Assembly: GCA_964603585.1 (NCBI GenBank)
Contig: CAZRVK010000002.1
Span: 179,513 to 243,512, forward strand
Direction: 5' to 3'
DNA: 64,000 nucleotides
Source of the DNA: an uncultured Planctomycetales bacterium
GTDB taxonomy: Bacteria; Omnitrophota; Gorgyraeia; Gygaellales; Profunditerraquicolaceae
Each line of letters opens with the position of its first letter. Within the stretch, counting starts at the first letter, position 1. This document shows positions 19,969 through 29,219 of this stretch, piece after piece. Both the position numbers and the translations under genes were made by a program. A model generated the notes under the pieces. It made no database searches and was not told the DNA's origin. It was given only the letters and a program-made list of their open reading frames with translations.

Positions 19969-20975
19969 TTGTTGTTTTCCTTTGTCTTGCGAAAAAGGTC
20001 TAAGAACCTATCTTCATACTCTTTATACACATTCCATTTGTCAAGTTCCTGTTTTAGCAAACCGGCTTTTGTAAGATCGCTTTTTGCCTGGACAAACAGC
20101 TGTTCTATCTTCTCTTTGATCGAAATAGGCAATTTAGTCAATTGGCTCAAAGATTTCTTTATTTTTTCTATGTCATCTTCTCCGATCGGCCCGACTGGAG
20201 GGGTGATCTTTAGAAAATCCAGAAGTTTATTGATCTCTTCCTCCATATTATGTGCCTGGACCAATAATTTAGAGAAATCTATTTTAAGATTTAATACCCT
20301 GGCCAATGCATCTAACACCGCGCATGCCGCTTTGGGATTGTCAATCTGGATAGCATAAAGCGGGATCTCTCCTAACAGACAGAAACCTTCCAGACCGGAT
20401 TTTTTTGCCAACCCTAAAAATAACCCGTTCATGCCGCTGATCTGCCCATCCAGCATCGGATTCATATTAAATCGTGCCAAATGCAGATTTAACGCCTTTG
20501 AGGTAGAGGCGAACCAGACATTGGGGGTTTGGGTATGATCTATCGGTTGAGGCATAGCCGCAAAACCAACAATTGATTTTATTTTCAATGTTTTCGCTAA
20601 AGAAATGATCGCCTGGCAGTATCTTTCTGCGTTTGCCAGATCCGGCTGTGCGTTGCTGATAAAAAAAACCAGGTCGGATTTAAACGGCTTTAACCCTGCG
20701 GTTTTGGATACAGCCGAACCTTTTAAAGCGGCGGGATTCTTCCAATAATAAAACTTACCGGAGGGAAGCTCCGGGGTATTTAATATCCCGTTTTGAATAT
20801 TGCAAGCTACCGGATAAAAGAAATCTTCCGAGGCGATTTCAGCGAATTCCTGGGCCTTTAAAGTATCTATCAAATAACTGGCGGCATTGAACGCCACCTC
20901 TCCCATCCCCGGCCAGGCAACAACCAGCTGGGGACTTCTTAATTTCACGTTTTTATGAACTTTTATTCCTTCCAT
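19965..20975 (-). CDS. PAC2-family (ATP-grasp-like) protein
   Basis: LVVAWPGMGEVAFNAASYL resembles the PAC2 N-terminal motif. 336 aa. Confidence 0.45.
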   Translation of the reverse strand: MEGIKVHKNVKLRSPQLVVAWPGMGEVAFNAASYLIDTLKAQEFAEIASEDFFYPVACNIQNGILNTPELPSGKFYYWKNPAALKGSAVSKTAGLKPFKSDLVFFISNAQPDLANAERYCQAIISLAKTLKIKSIVGFAAMPQPIDHTQTPNVWFASTSKALNLHLARFNMNPMLDGQISGMNGLFLGLAKKSGLEGFCLLGEIPLYAIQIDNPKAACAVLDALARVLNLKIDFSKLLVQAHNMEEEINKLLDFLKITPPVGPIGEDDIEKIKKSLSQLTKLPISIKEKIEQLFVQAKSDLTKAGLLKQELDKWNVYKEYEDRFLDLFRKTKENNN

Positions 20976-20984
20976 AACATCTCC

Positions 20985-22118
20985 TTAATTTTTCTTGAAA
21001 CGGTAGTTTTTAAGAAAATCCTCCAAGACGACCGCGCCTTTATAAAGATTTTTTATTTCCGCATATTCGTCTTCCATATGCGCGCACCCATAGGAACCAA
21101 AACCAGTAGCCACTGCCGGAATATTTTTTCCCTGGAAGAATGATATCGTAGTTGCTCCTTCAGAACCCGTAATCACAGGCCTGACCGCGGATTTTTGCAT
21201 GGCTTTTATCAGCCCCTGGACCAAAGAATGCTTACGACAGATAAGGAATGGCTCCTGTATACCTTCGACTTCGATCCTGCATTCGGGATTGATTTTATGC
21301 GCCAAACGAGAAATATCCTTAAGGACTTTCCGGGATGATTCCCCGGGCAAAAAACGCAAATCCGCTTCAAATTCACACCAATCTGCTACCACATTGACCT
21401 TATCGCCTCCTTGAATCGTCCCGATGTTGATGGTAGGAGATTTAAGATATTCATTCCGAGTATATTTAAATTTATAAGTTTTTAATTTTTTAATCAATAC
21501 TAAAGCGGTATCAATGGCGTTTTTACCGAGCCAGGGATATGCCCCATGAGCCTTTTTCCCCTTTATTTTTATTTTAAGATGCATCAGCCCTTTTTGTGCC
21601 ACAACAATATGGAATTCATCGGCATCCAATACCAACGCCACATCCGGCTCAAGCAGGCCACTGTCTAAAAGTTTCATTAATCCCAGCGCTGAACCGCTTT
21701 CCTCATCCGCGGTAGCAGAAAAAATAAGATTATATCCTAATTCCTGCTTATCTTCAATCAAACTGTTAATTACTTCCATGCTCACTGCTAAATTACACTT
21801 ACAATCAGTAGCTCCCAGCCCGTAAATCCTGCCGTTCTTTATCTTTGCAGAAAAAGGAGGGATTGTCCAGTTATTCCCCGAAGGGACGGTATCTAAATGA
21901 GGGGTGACTAAAAGAGACCTTGTGCGATCTAACCCTGGGATAAATGCCACTATATTGGAACGTCTTTTGGCAAATTCATGGATTTTAGAGTCGACCCCGA
22001 AACTCGACAGGTATTTCTTCACAAACCTGGCGATCTCGAATTCATCCCCACCGGGATTGGAGGAGTTAATCCGTATCAATTGTTGCGTAAGATTTATCAG
22101 CCGTGTTTTATTGATCAT
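20985..22118 (-). CDS. M20-family metallopeptidase (ArgE/DapE-like)
   Basis: 377 aa. Has the overall M20 arrangement (TPHLDTV..G.TD.K) and a dimerisation-domain-like middle region. Confidence 0.65.
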   Translation of the reverse strand: MINKTRLINLTQQLIRINSSNPGGDEFEIARFVKKYLSSFGVDSKIHEFAKRRSNIVAFIPGLDRTRSLLVTPHLDTVPSGNNWTIPPFSAKIKNGRIYGLGATDCKCNLAVSMEVINSLIEDKQELGYNLIFSATADEESGSALGLMKLLDSGLLEPDVALVLDADEFHIVVAQKGLMHLKIKIKGKKAHGAYPWLGKNAIDTALVLIKKLKTYKFKYTRNEYLKSPTINIGTIQGGDKVNVVADWCEFEADLRFLPGESSRKVLKDISRLAHKINPECRIEVEGIQEPFLICRKHSLVQGLIKAMQKSAVRPVITGSEGATTISFFQGKNIPAVATGFGSYGCAHMEDEYAEIKNLYKGAVVLEDFLKNYRFKKN

Positions 22119-22151
22119 GCTTTAAAATAAAATTACGCGCACACCCTCGTC

Positions 22152-22832
22152 TTAAAATCCGTAATTAATACTAAAAGCGAACGCATCACTGTCAAATGAC
22201 TGGCCTTCCAGGTTCAACCAGATCTTTGGCGTAACAAAGAAATCCAGCCCATAGATCAAACCGATGCTTTTAGTGCCATCAGACATCCTGCGTTTTCGTA
22301 CGCCATCTACCCAATGGATATAATCCACCCTTGACCAGCGGGTCCCTATATAAGGAGTGGCCTTCTTGAAATGATATGCCCCCAAAACCGACCATTGCCA
22401 GTCATCTAAAATCGCCTTGTTCTTGGTATTTCCCAAATGCGTGCTTTTAGGGTGCACACTGATATGCTGAAAACCTAAAACGGCCTTCATATTATTTCCT
22501 TCCCAGAATTTCCAGCGGATCCCATAACCGCCGGCAAAACTGGAAGTATAATCCACCTCATCTCTGCCGACAGGATGCTGTTTAATATTACCGCCGCCTG
22601 CCTTTAAGTCTATAGATAACCAGTCAAACACCCCGTAAGACATCCCATAAAACTGCTGTTGACTGCGCACCTTGCCCCAACCGTCTTCTAAATACCGCTT
22701 AAATAAACTGTATGATTCCAGGCTGGCGGTCAGCTTATTCCGCAAAGGTAATGTCGGGCCATAACAGGGTGCGGCGAATATGTTTGTATTGAATAAAAAA
22801 ACAATGGCGATGGCGAATAGAAACCTGGGCAT
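22152..22832 (-). CDS. outer-membrane beta-barrel protein
   Basis: Signal peptide (MPRFLFAIAIVFLFNTNIFAA), alternating amphipathic strands, C-terminal ..FSINYGF ending in Phe. Confidence 0.5.
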   Translation of the reverse strand: MPRFLFAIAIVFLFNTNIFAAPCYGPTLPLRNKLTASLESYSLFKRYLEDGWGKVRSQQQFYGMSYGVFDWLSIDLKAGGGNIKQHPVGRDEVDYTSSFAGGYGIRWKFWEGNNMKAVLGFQHISVHPKSTHLGNTKNKAILDDWQWSVLGAYHFKKATPYIGTRWSRVDYIHWVDGVRKRRMSDGTKSIGLIYGLDFFVTPKIWLNLEGQSFDSDAFAFSINYGF

Positions 22833-22847
22833 CGAATTACCTCCTAT

Positions 22848-24221
22848 TTAAACACGGGACTCTTGTGCGGACACCGCGGCGATCACCGCAGCGCCTATTC
22901 CGGAACCATCCTTGGTCAAAGCCATTCTTAATTTATTGGATCTGGATCCAAAAATCTCTTTGAGGGCTGCCTTCAAATGCCTGGAAAATCCCGAATGTAA
23001 TTCATATAAACTTCCGTCAACAGCAATGGTATGTTTACAGGCGAGATCGCGGTCAATCCTAAAAATCAGCGCGGACAATACCGCAGCAGCTATACGTGCG
23101 CCTCGAATGGCAACCAGGCGGCAAACCGCCTGAACCGTTTTTCTGTCGATCAAAGAAGAATTCTGTATCCCGATCCTTTTTAAAAACACCTCCACTCCGG
23201 ATAAATCATAAGACAGGTCCGCTTCAACCTGCGACATATATTCCGATTTAAACTCTTTTGGGGACTCAAACATAAAAGCTGTCTGGCCGTTAAAAAGGTT
23301 TGTGTCTTTAATCAATCCCTGCAATACCAGCCTGGCGATCTCCCCCAGATACATCCCAGAAACCATTTTTTCCAGGATCTGCTGTCCTGGATTAAGAGAC
23401 GCCTTATCAAGTATCCGATCATAAGCGGTCATCGGAAGTTTGTCAAAATTACCCCATTCGACATTAATGATCATCTGTCTTGAATTAAACTTACGCCCAG
23501 CCAACTTTCGGATTTTAACAACCTTCTCCTGATAACAAGCATTGGTGCCGGTCCCAAGTATCATCCCGATCGAGCATGATGGGTCACGATAAGCCCGAGT
23601 AACCAAAGTGCCGACAGTATCATTGGCCAAAGCACATATCCTCATGTTCCTAAGCCCCTGCGCCAGAAGAGCAGAATTAAGCAATTTCACCACATCATGA
23701 CCTATTACACCGCTGGCGTTGAAATCTTTAGTCCAATGTAGAAGTTTTCCGCTATCGATCTTGGACTGTTCCACCGGGAAAGAAAAAGTAAAACCGATTT
23801 GCCTGATATCCTGATCAGAAATCCCCTGCTGGAGACAGAAATCCTTGACACACAAAGCAATAAACCCAAAAAGCTCTTTGCCGCTTCCTGCAATGTATTT
23901 TTTATCTAAAACGAATTTCCTTTCTCCGGAAGAACTGATCTGCCCCCGTCCTTTAAGCTGAAGCTCTAATATCCTAAGGTTGGTGCCGCCTAAATCCAAA
24001 GCGATGAATTTCCCTTTTTCTTTGCCTGTAGGCTTATCCGCATAAGAAGGAATCATCTTCAATGAACTGCCTTTGCCCGAAAGGCCGGCTGTCATCTCTA
24101 ACTGGAAATCCCGGCAGATCCGCTTCATCTCTTGTAAAGAAATGGCAAGATCTTCTGCGACCTTCTGTAAATATCTCATTTTAACGGGCATTGCTTGCAC
24201 CTGGGATTGTTCTTTAGGCAA
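22848..24221 (-). CDS. hexokinase-family sugar kinase
   Basis: Hexokinase signatures LDLGGTNLRI, GFTFSFP and ALANDTVGTL. Confidence 0.75.
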   Translation of the reverse strand: MPKEQSQVQAMPVKMRYLQKVAEDLAISLQEMKRICRDFQLEMTAGLSGKGSSLKMIPSYADKPTGKEKGKFIALDLGGTNLRILELQLKGRGQISSSGERKFVLDKKYIAGSGKELFGFIALCVKDFCLQQGISDQDIRQIGFTFSFPVEQSKIDSGKLLHWTKDFNASGVIGHDVVKLLNSALLAQGLRNMRICALANDTVGTLVTRAYRDPSCSIGMILGTGTNACYQEKVVKIRKLAGRKFNSRQMIINVEWGNFDKLPMTAYDRILDKASLNPGQQILEKMVSGMYLGEIARLVLQGLIKDTNLFNGQTAFMFESPKEFKSEYMSQVEADLSYDLSGVEVFLKRIGIQNSSLIDRKTVQAVCRLVAIRGARIAAAVLSALIFRIDRDLACKHTIAVDGSLYELHSGFSRHLKAALKEIFGSRSNKLRMALTKDGSGIGAAVIAAVSAQESRV

Positions 24222-24805
24222 AATTCCTTAGCTAACCTCACCAAAAGGGCATGATATTCATTATACACCTTAACATCTTTTTTCAAAGCACGCATAAAAA
24301 TACTTTGGGCTTGGGCATAAGAGATATCTTCTTTGAATAATTGATGCCGGGAAAATATTCTCTTGGTATACGCATCGACGACAAACACCGGCTTAGCTAA
24401 TGCATAAAGCAGGATGGAATCCGCTGTCTCCGGACCAATCCCTTTAACCCGCAGCAATTCCTGCCTTAAAAGCATTGTTTCGATGCGGGACATTTTTTTA
24501 AGATTTCCCTGGTATTTCTTAAAAAAGAATTCCAGGAAGCTCTTTATCCTCTTCGCCTTAAGATTATAATAACCTGATGGTACCAGAGCCCGGGCCAATT
24601 GTTTATGCCTTAATCGATAAAGTCTCTCGGGTGTTAACACTTTCGCAGCTTTAAGGTTAGAGATCGCCTTTTCTACGTTTGACCAAGAGGTATTTTGAGT
24701 AAGTATCGCCCCGATAATGACCTCAAAGGCACTCTCTGCCGGCCACCAGTACTGCTTTCCAAAATACGCATAAATCTTTTTATAAACCTTTCGGATGTCT
24801 ATCAC
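24176..24805 (-). CDS. HhH-GPD base-excision DNA glycosylase (endonuclease III-like)
   Basis: VKGIGPETADSILLYAL..PVFVVDAYTKRIF helix-hairpin-helix/GPD region. 209 aa. Confidence 0.75.
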   Translation of the reverse strand: MIDIRKVYKKIYAYFGKQYWWPAESAFEVIIGAILTQNTSWSNVEKAISNLKAAKVLTPERLYRLRHKQLARALVPSGYYNLKAKRIKSFLEFFFKKYQGNLKKMSRIETMLLRQELLRVKGIGPETADSILLYALAKPVFVVDAYTKRIFSRHQLFKEDISYAQAQSIFMRALKKDVKVYNEYHALLVRLAKEFCLKNNPRCKQCPLK

Positions 24806-26760
24806 TGCTTCAATTCCAAAGGATTGAATTTATAATAAGCAAAAATAGTATATGCTGTTCCGGATACTGAACCAGTGGTCTTGCCTTTAGGAGTCATCCA
24901 GCCATGCCCAGTATCCACAAAATCAAGGGTGGCATAAGGCAGGCAACTCTCACCCTGGCCCGAGGGAGAAGGGCTGGAAATCACCATATTCCCTAAAGAA
25001 GAAAGATACTCATCGGCCTTGCGCTCATAACTGCGCGCCTTGGCAACCATTCCTTTCTGATAACAATAATCTGCCATAATCCTAAAAGATAAAACCATTT
25101 GCGCGGTCCATTCCGAAGAAACTACCCCGCCCCTAGCCACATGGCGAAGAGGCGCAAAATCAAACCCCTTGACTTTGACTACCCTCCCTTCCGGGCGATA
25201 GTAATCGACTTCAACAGAACAGTTATCCTCGGCAAATTCAATGATCCGGTCCGGATTCATACCCAAGGACTCGAGTTTCTCCGGCCCAATCGCCGCAATT
25301 GACCAGGCATAGGTATCGGTAGCGATTGTCGAATCACCTTTACCTCGCATGATCGGGACCTCGCCTTTATCATAAGTATGTGCAACTAACCACTTCAATA
25401 CCTTATCTTCCGCCTGCATATATTTTTCCTTACCGGTAACTTGATAAAGCATTTTAAAAAAAGAATACGCATCCAAATTATGTTCGGTAGCATACCATCC
25501 TACCTGCGGCCCACCGCGAATCCCTCCATCGGAATCTTTCCCTTGGAGATCAATAACAAAATCCGCGATCTCTTCTGCCACACCCAGATATGTTTTATCC
25601 CGGGTCTTCTGGGTATACTGAAGAATGGCGATCCCCAGCCATAAATTAGGCCCGCTATGCACGATAAATTCTGCCGGCTGTCCGTCATTTACATAATAGG
25701 CGTTAAGAAACCCGCCATCGATCCTTTTAGCCTTACGGGCAAAAAAATCCAGGATCTTCTTTGCCCGCGATAAATCAGAGAAATTAGTATATGCCATGAG
25801 CACCAAAGACTGGTCATAAATAAACGCCCAGTTTTCCAAATCCCCATCCCCTTCGAAGCTTAAGACCAGGCCGGTATGCGGATTCTGATGCACTTTAAGC
25901 CACTGGTACATTTTCTCTAAATTCGCCTTTTCTAAAGTAGCTTTTCTTACATCCAGTCGTAGCAATTCCTCCGTTAAAACATTTTCCGTGCTTTGCACGG
26001 AAAGCATTTTATCCTGCAGGGCATTTTTCTCCTGCGTAATCCGCTCGATCAACGCATTAAGCTCCTCTTCACGCTTGGTTATTTTAGTTTCGGTTAATTT
26101 AGCTTTAGCGTTCAATTTAGCTCTTTCTTCGGAGACATTTTCTATCTGCATCTTTAAGGTTTGGATCTTTATCTGTAATTCTTCTTTCTCCTTATATATC
26201 TGCTTTACCTTTTGCTTGGCAATACTGGATTCCTGAACAATACTGACCAGCTGGCTGACCAAAGCCTTATTTCCTTTGATCAAAATAAAATTAAAATAAC
26301 TACCTAAACCCACCCCTAAAGCTAAAAGGATGATCAAAGAGATCGCTGCCGGCTTAAAAGCCTTTTTGACCCGGACATAATGTATCAGGCGGGAATTTTC
26401 CTTACCGGATATCTTACTGTAACTTAAACCTAAAAGATACTTGCCTTGGGATTGGCTTAATTCCTGCACCCAGGATAATCTGGCTTCGGCTTTTACGCTG
26501 TTATCGCTAAAAGGAACTTCTATATCCAGAGAAATCACAGCCTGCTTGCCCTTTACCAGCATGGATAATTCCGCATTTAAATTATTGATTTCCAGGCAAA
26601 TCCCTCCTATCCCGATATTACAGGTAAACCCTTGCAGATTACCAGAAACCGAGCTTAACCCATCAGGGCTTAAAATATGAAAGGCTACCGGCAGGACAGA
26701 ATCGATCCTTAAATACCTCCTGCGCTCATTTGAAGGCAGATCTTTCTTTTTTATCATCAT
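24802..26760 (-). CDS. PilZ-domain membrane protein with coiled-coil and a large C-terminal glycoside-hydrolase-like domain
   Basis: N-terminal RRRYLRID ... CNIGIGGICLE (PilZ RxxxR / (D/N)xSxxG-like, Ser replaced by Gly). One TM helix (AISLIILLALGVGLGSYF), ~110-aa coiled coil, then a ~380-aa Trp/Tyr-rich domain. Confidence 0.45.
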   Translation of the reverse strand: MMIKKKDLPSNERRRYLRIDSVLPVAFHILSPDGLSSVSGNLQGFTCNIGIGGICLEINNLNAELSMLVKGKQAVISLDIEVPFSDNSVKAEARLSWVQELSQSQGKYLLGLSYSKISGKENSRLIHYVRVKKAFKPAAISLIILLALGVGLGSYFNFILIKGNKALVSQLVSIVQESSIAKQKVKQIYKEKEELQIKIQTLKMQIENVSEERAKLNAKAKLTETKITKREEELNALIERITQEKNALQDKMLSVQSTENVLTEELLRLDVRKATLEKANLEKMYQWLKVHQNPHTGLVLSFEGDGDLENWAFIYDQSLVLMAYTNFSDLSRAKKILDFFARKAKRIDGGFLNAYYVNDGQPAEFIVHSGPNLWLGIAILQYTQKTRDKTYLGVAEEIADFVIDLQGKDSDGGIRGGPQVGWYATEHNLDAYSFFKMLYQVTGKEKYMQAEDKVLKWLVAHTYDKGEVPIMRGKGDSTIATDTYAWSIAAIGPEKLESLGMNPDRIIEFAEDNCSVEVDYYRPEGRVVKVKGFDFAPLRHVARGGVVSSEWTAQMVLSFRIMADYCYQKGMVAKARSYERKADEYLSSLGNMVISSPSPSGQGESCLPYATLDFVDTGHGWMTPKGKTTGSVSGTAYTIFAYYKFNPLELKQ

Positions 26761-29177
26761 TTCCCCTCTAAAACTACTCTCTCTTTAATACGTTTTGCCA
26801 GCCCTTCAAAAAAGGCCTTAAAATCCCGATACTCTTCAATCTCAACCACATTCTTTTTTAATTCCACTTTCTGTTTAAAATATATCCGCCCATCACGCAC
26901 GTTGTATTCGGCATTAAAGCGTATCCAGGGGGTATCATGGCTGATCCGTTCAGGCATATATTTTACACCGAAATCCTTTGGGATTGCAACTTCAAAGATT
27001 GTTTCTCTGGCATCCAAAAAATTGAAATTTAACGGATACTTTCTTTTTTGCCTGGCAACCAAAGAGGCGTCGATACTGGTCATCTGTGGCATGATCCGCA
27101 GGCGGCCTGCAGAAATGAAATACTCCTGCCCTTGGAAATCATAATTCAACTGCACCGGTAAATTAAGATCATCGAGATTCCTGATATCATACGTCATCAG
27201 CTGTGACCCAACAGATATATCCTGTATCTTTTCATTTAATGACTCTTTGATCAACTCCGGGGGAGTATACAAAAGCCAATGTCTTTGAGCCTGGTCATAA
27301 ACCCCGGAGGTGGACACATTTTTTCTGGCGGTAATCCCGCCGTTTTGGCTAAGTGCAATATCCAATTTATGTTGAATAAAATTATGCTCTGCGGGATATA
27401 ACGGCGTATTCTGGATCAAATAGGCATCATCTTTACAGATCAAAACGCGCCGCGCCTGATCATCTACCGGCAAATCGCCAAAGGAACAGGTTTCTGCGGT
27501 CGGGTCCATAAAAATCATTTTCTCTCCCAAAGCCACTATGGCGATACAGTGGTTAAAAAGCATGCCCGGGAAATCGTCCCTTAAGTTATAACAATCCCGG
27601 GTAGGGATAAGCACCGGCCAGCTATCGTTGATTGCGGCTTCTCTCAGCATGGTCACCAAAAGTATCGCCTGATCCTTGCAGTCTCCATATTTATTCTTGA
27701 AGATATCAGCGGCAAAATGCGGTTCATACCCTGCCTGCCCATATTCAACCGCGACATAACGGATATCCTTGGCGCAAAAATTATAGATCGCGCGGATCTT
27801 TTCCTCATCACTTTTCTTATCCCGGATCAATTCAGCTACTTTATTCTTTATTGCCGTATCCGCCGTTATCTTATCTTTCGCCAAACCCCACCACCAGGCA
27901 TAAATCTCCTGCCAATTTGCAAATGTCGAGAACAAAAGAGAAGGATTGATCTCTGCATCTGGAGGCATATTAGGTTCCGGGATGATCTGCGGGATATCCC
28001 TGAATTCCCAGGAATAACTGATCTGTGTTGGAGACTCTTGTATTTTGGGATCGGGTTTGGCGGAAAAATCGTTAAATCTTTCATTGATATATTTCAGATG
28101 CAATGGTTTTTTTCTGGGAAGGACCAGCTTAAAATTAGCCGAGATCACCGGGTCATAATTCTGTAGAGGGTAACTAAAAACAAACTCTTTCTTGTTGATC
28201 AGTTCATTGCGAGTGATTTTCAGCTTGTATTCCAAAAATACCCCTTCGCTGATCTCCGGGAAAGAAATTATCCGGACCCTGGCGTTACTATAAAGCGGGA
28301 AATTCAGGTATTTTGAGACATCCCGAATATGCCGGGATCCCACATCCACTACAGTTCCATCTGGTTTGACTGTGCGGGCATACACTATCTCAACTTTTTC
28401 ATAAGTAGAGTCGTACTCGATCCTGCTTTCGGAAAAATTCCCTTTTCCCCGCTCGTTGAGGATCTTTATCAGATAATGCATCGACGAAACCTGCCGGTTA
28501 TCCTCGGTTACCTCGATCTTTTCATCGGCCAAAAGTATCAATGCCCCTGCCTGGGGATAGGCTTCTTCGGATGGGCTGTTCTTGATCAGATCATAAATAT
28601 CCCTGTCTATCTCCTGTATTTTAAGAGGGCTGGCTTGTTTTTCTATTGAATTTATCCTTTCTAATGCCTGGATATTGAATGGTTCGTCTTTGATGGTGCG
28701 GTAAATAGCTAACGCCTGATCAAAAAGATTCAATTTTTCCATAACTAATGATTGATAATAACGCGCCTCGTCATCCTGGGGAGGATTTTTAGAGAATTGC
28801 TCTGCGGCACCAGCAAAGTCGGATAAACGGTAAGAAGCAATCGCCAGGAATTTCTTTGCCTGCGGCAGGCGGGAAGAATCGAATTCCTTGCGCGCCTTAA
28901 TAAATTCTCCGTGATTAAAATACAACATCCCTAATTCAAAATGCGCCCGGTCCAAACCTGATCCCTGCCTGACCAGGGACTGATACTCTTTTTCTGCCTT
29001 ATGATAATACTCCTGCGAAAGCTTTGCTTGGGTTTGTGCCTTTTGTAAATCCGTATTATCCCTGCATCCGGATAAAATCGTACATCCTATCCATAAGAAT
29101 AACGGTAGTACGGACAGGGCATTACCCGAGGATACCCACCATTTATCTCTATGCCTTGTACACATCGCTATAGGCAT
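26757..29177 (-). CDS. TPR + transglutaminase-like (DUF3857/transglutaminase-core) lipoprotein
   Basis: Lipobox ILSGC after a signal peptide and TPR-like helices. Later a YGDCKDQAILLVTMLREAAI Cys-containing transglutaminase-core-like motif. 806 aa. Confidence 0.6.
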   Translation of the reverse strand: MPIAMCTRHRDKWWVSSGNALSVLPLFLWIGCTILSGCRDNTDLQKAQTQAKLSQEYYHKAEKEYQSLVRQGSGLDRAHFELGMLYFNHGEFIKARKEFDSSRLPQAKKFLAIASYRLSDFAGAAEQFSKNPPQDDEARYYQSLVMEKLNLFDQALAIYRTIKDEPFNIQALERINSIEKQASPLKIQEIDRDIYDLIKNSPSEEAYPQAGALILLADEKIEVTEDNRQVSSMHYLIKILNERGKGNFSESRIEYDSTYEKVEIVYARTVKPDGTVVDVGSRHIRDVSKYLNFPLYSNARVRIISFPEISEGVFLEYKLKITRNELINKKEFVFSYPLQNYDPVISANFKLVLPRKKPLHLKYINERFNDFSAKPDPKIQESPTQISYSWEFRDIPQIIPEPNMPPDAEINPSLLFSTFANWQEIYAWWWGLAKDKITADTAIKNKVAELIRDKKSDEEKIRAIYNFCAKDIRYVAVEYGQAGYEPHFAADIFKNKYGDCKDQAILLVTMLREAAINDSWPVLIPTRDCYNLRDDFPGMLFNHCIAIVALGEKMIFMDPTAETCSFGDLPVDDQARRVLICKDDAYLIQNTPLYPAEHNFIQHKLDIALSQNGGITARKNVSTSGVYDQAQRHWLLYTPPELIKESLNEKIQDISVGSQLMTYDIRNLDDLNLPVQLNYDFQGQEYFISAGRLRIMPQMTSIDASLVARQKRKYPLNFNFLDARETIFEVAIPKDFGVKYMPERISHDTPWIRFNAEYNVRDGRIYFKQKVELKKNVVEIEEYRDFKAFFEGLAKRIKERVVLEGK

Positions 29178-29219
29178 GGCATACTCCTTCTACAAAGGCT
29201 TTTACACAACTATAATTCC

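Noticed and set aside
19684-20358. 224-aa plus-strand ORF; similar long antisense ORFs at 57168-57632, 27717-28166, 2635-3060 and 12193-12573
   Set aside because: All sit fully inside well-supported minus-strand genes (HAD/PAC2, gyrA, lipoprotein, GT2-rSAM, giant protein). They have low-complexity composition and no motifs, and the whole window codes on the minus strand. Treated as shadow ORFs.
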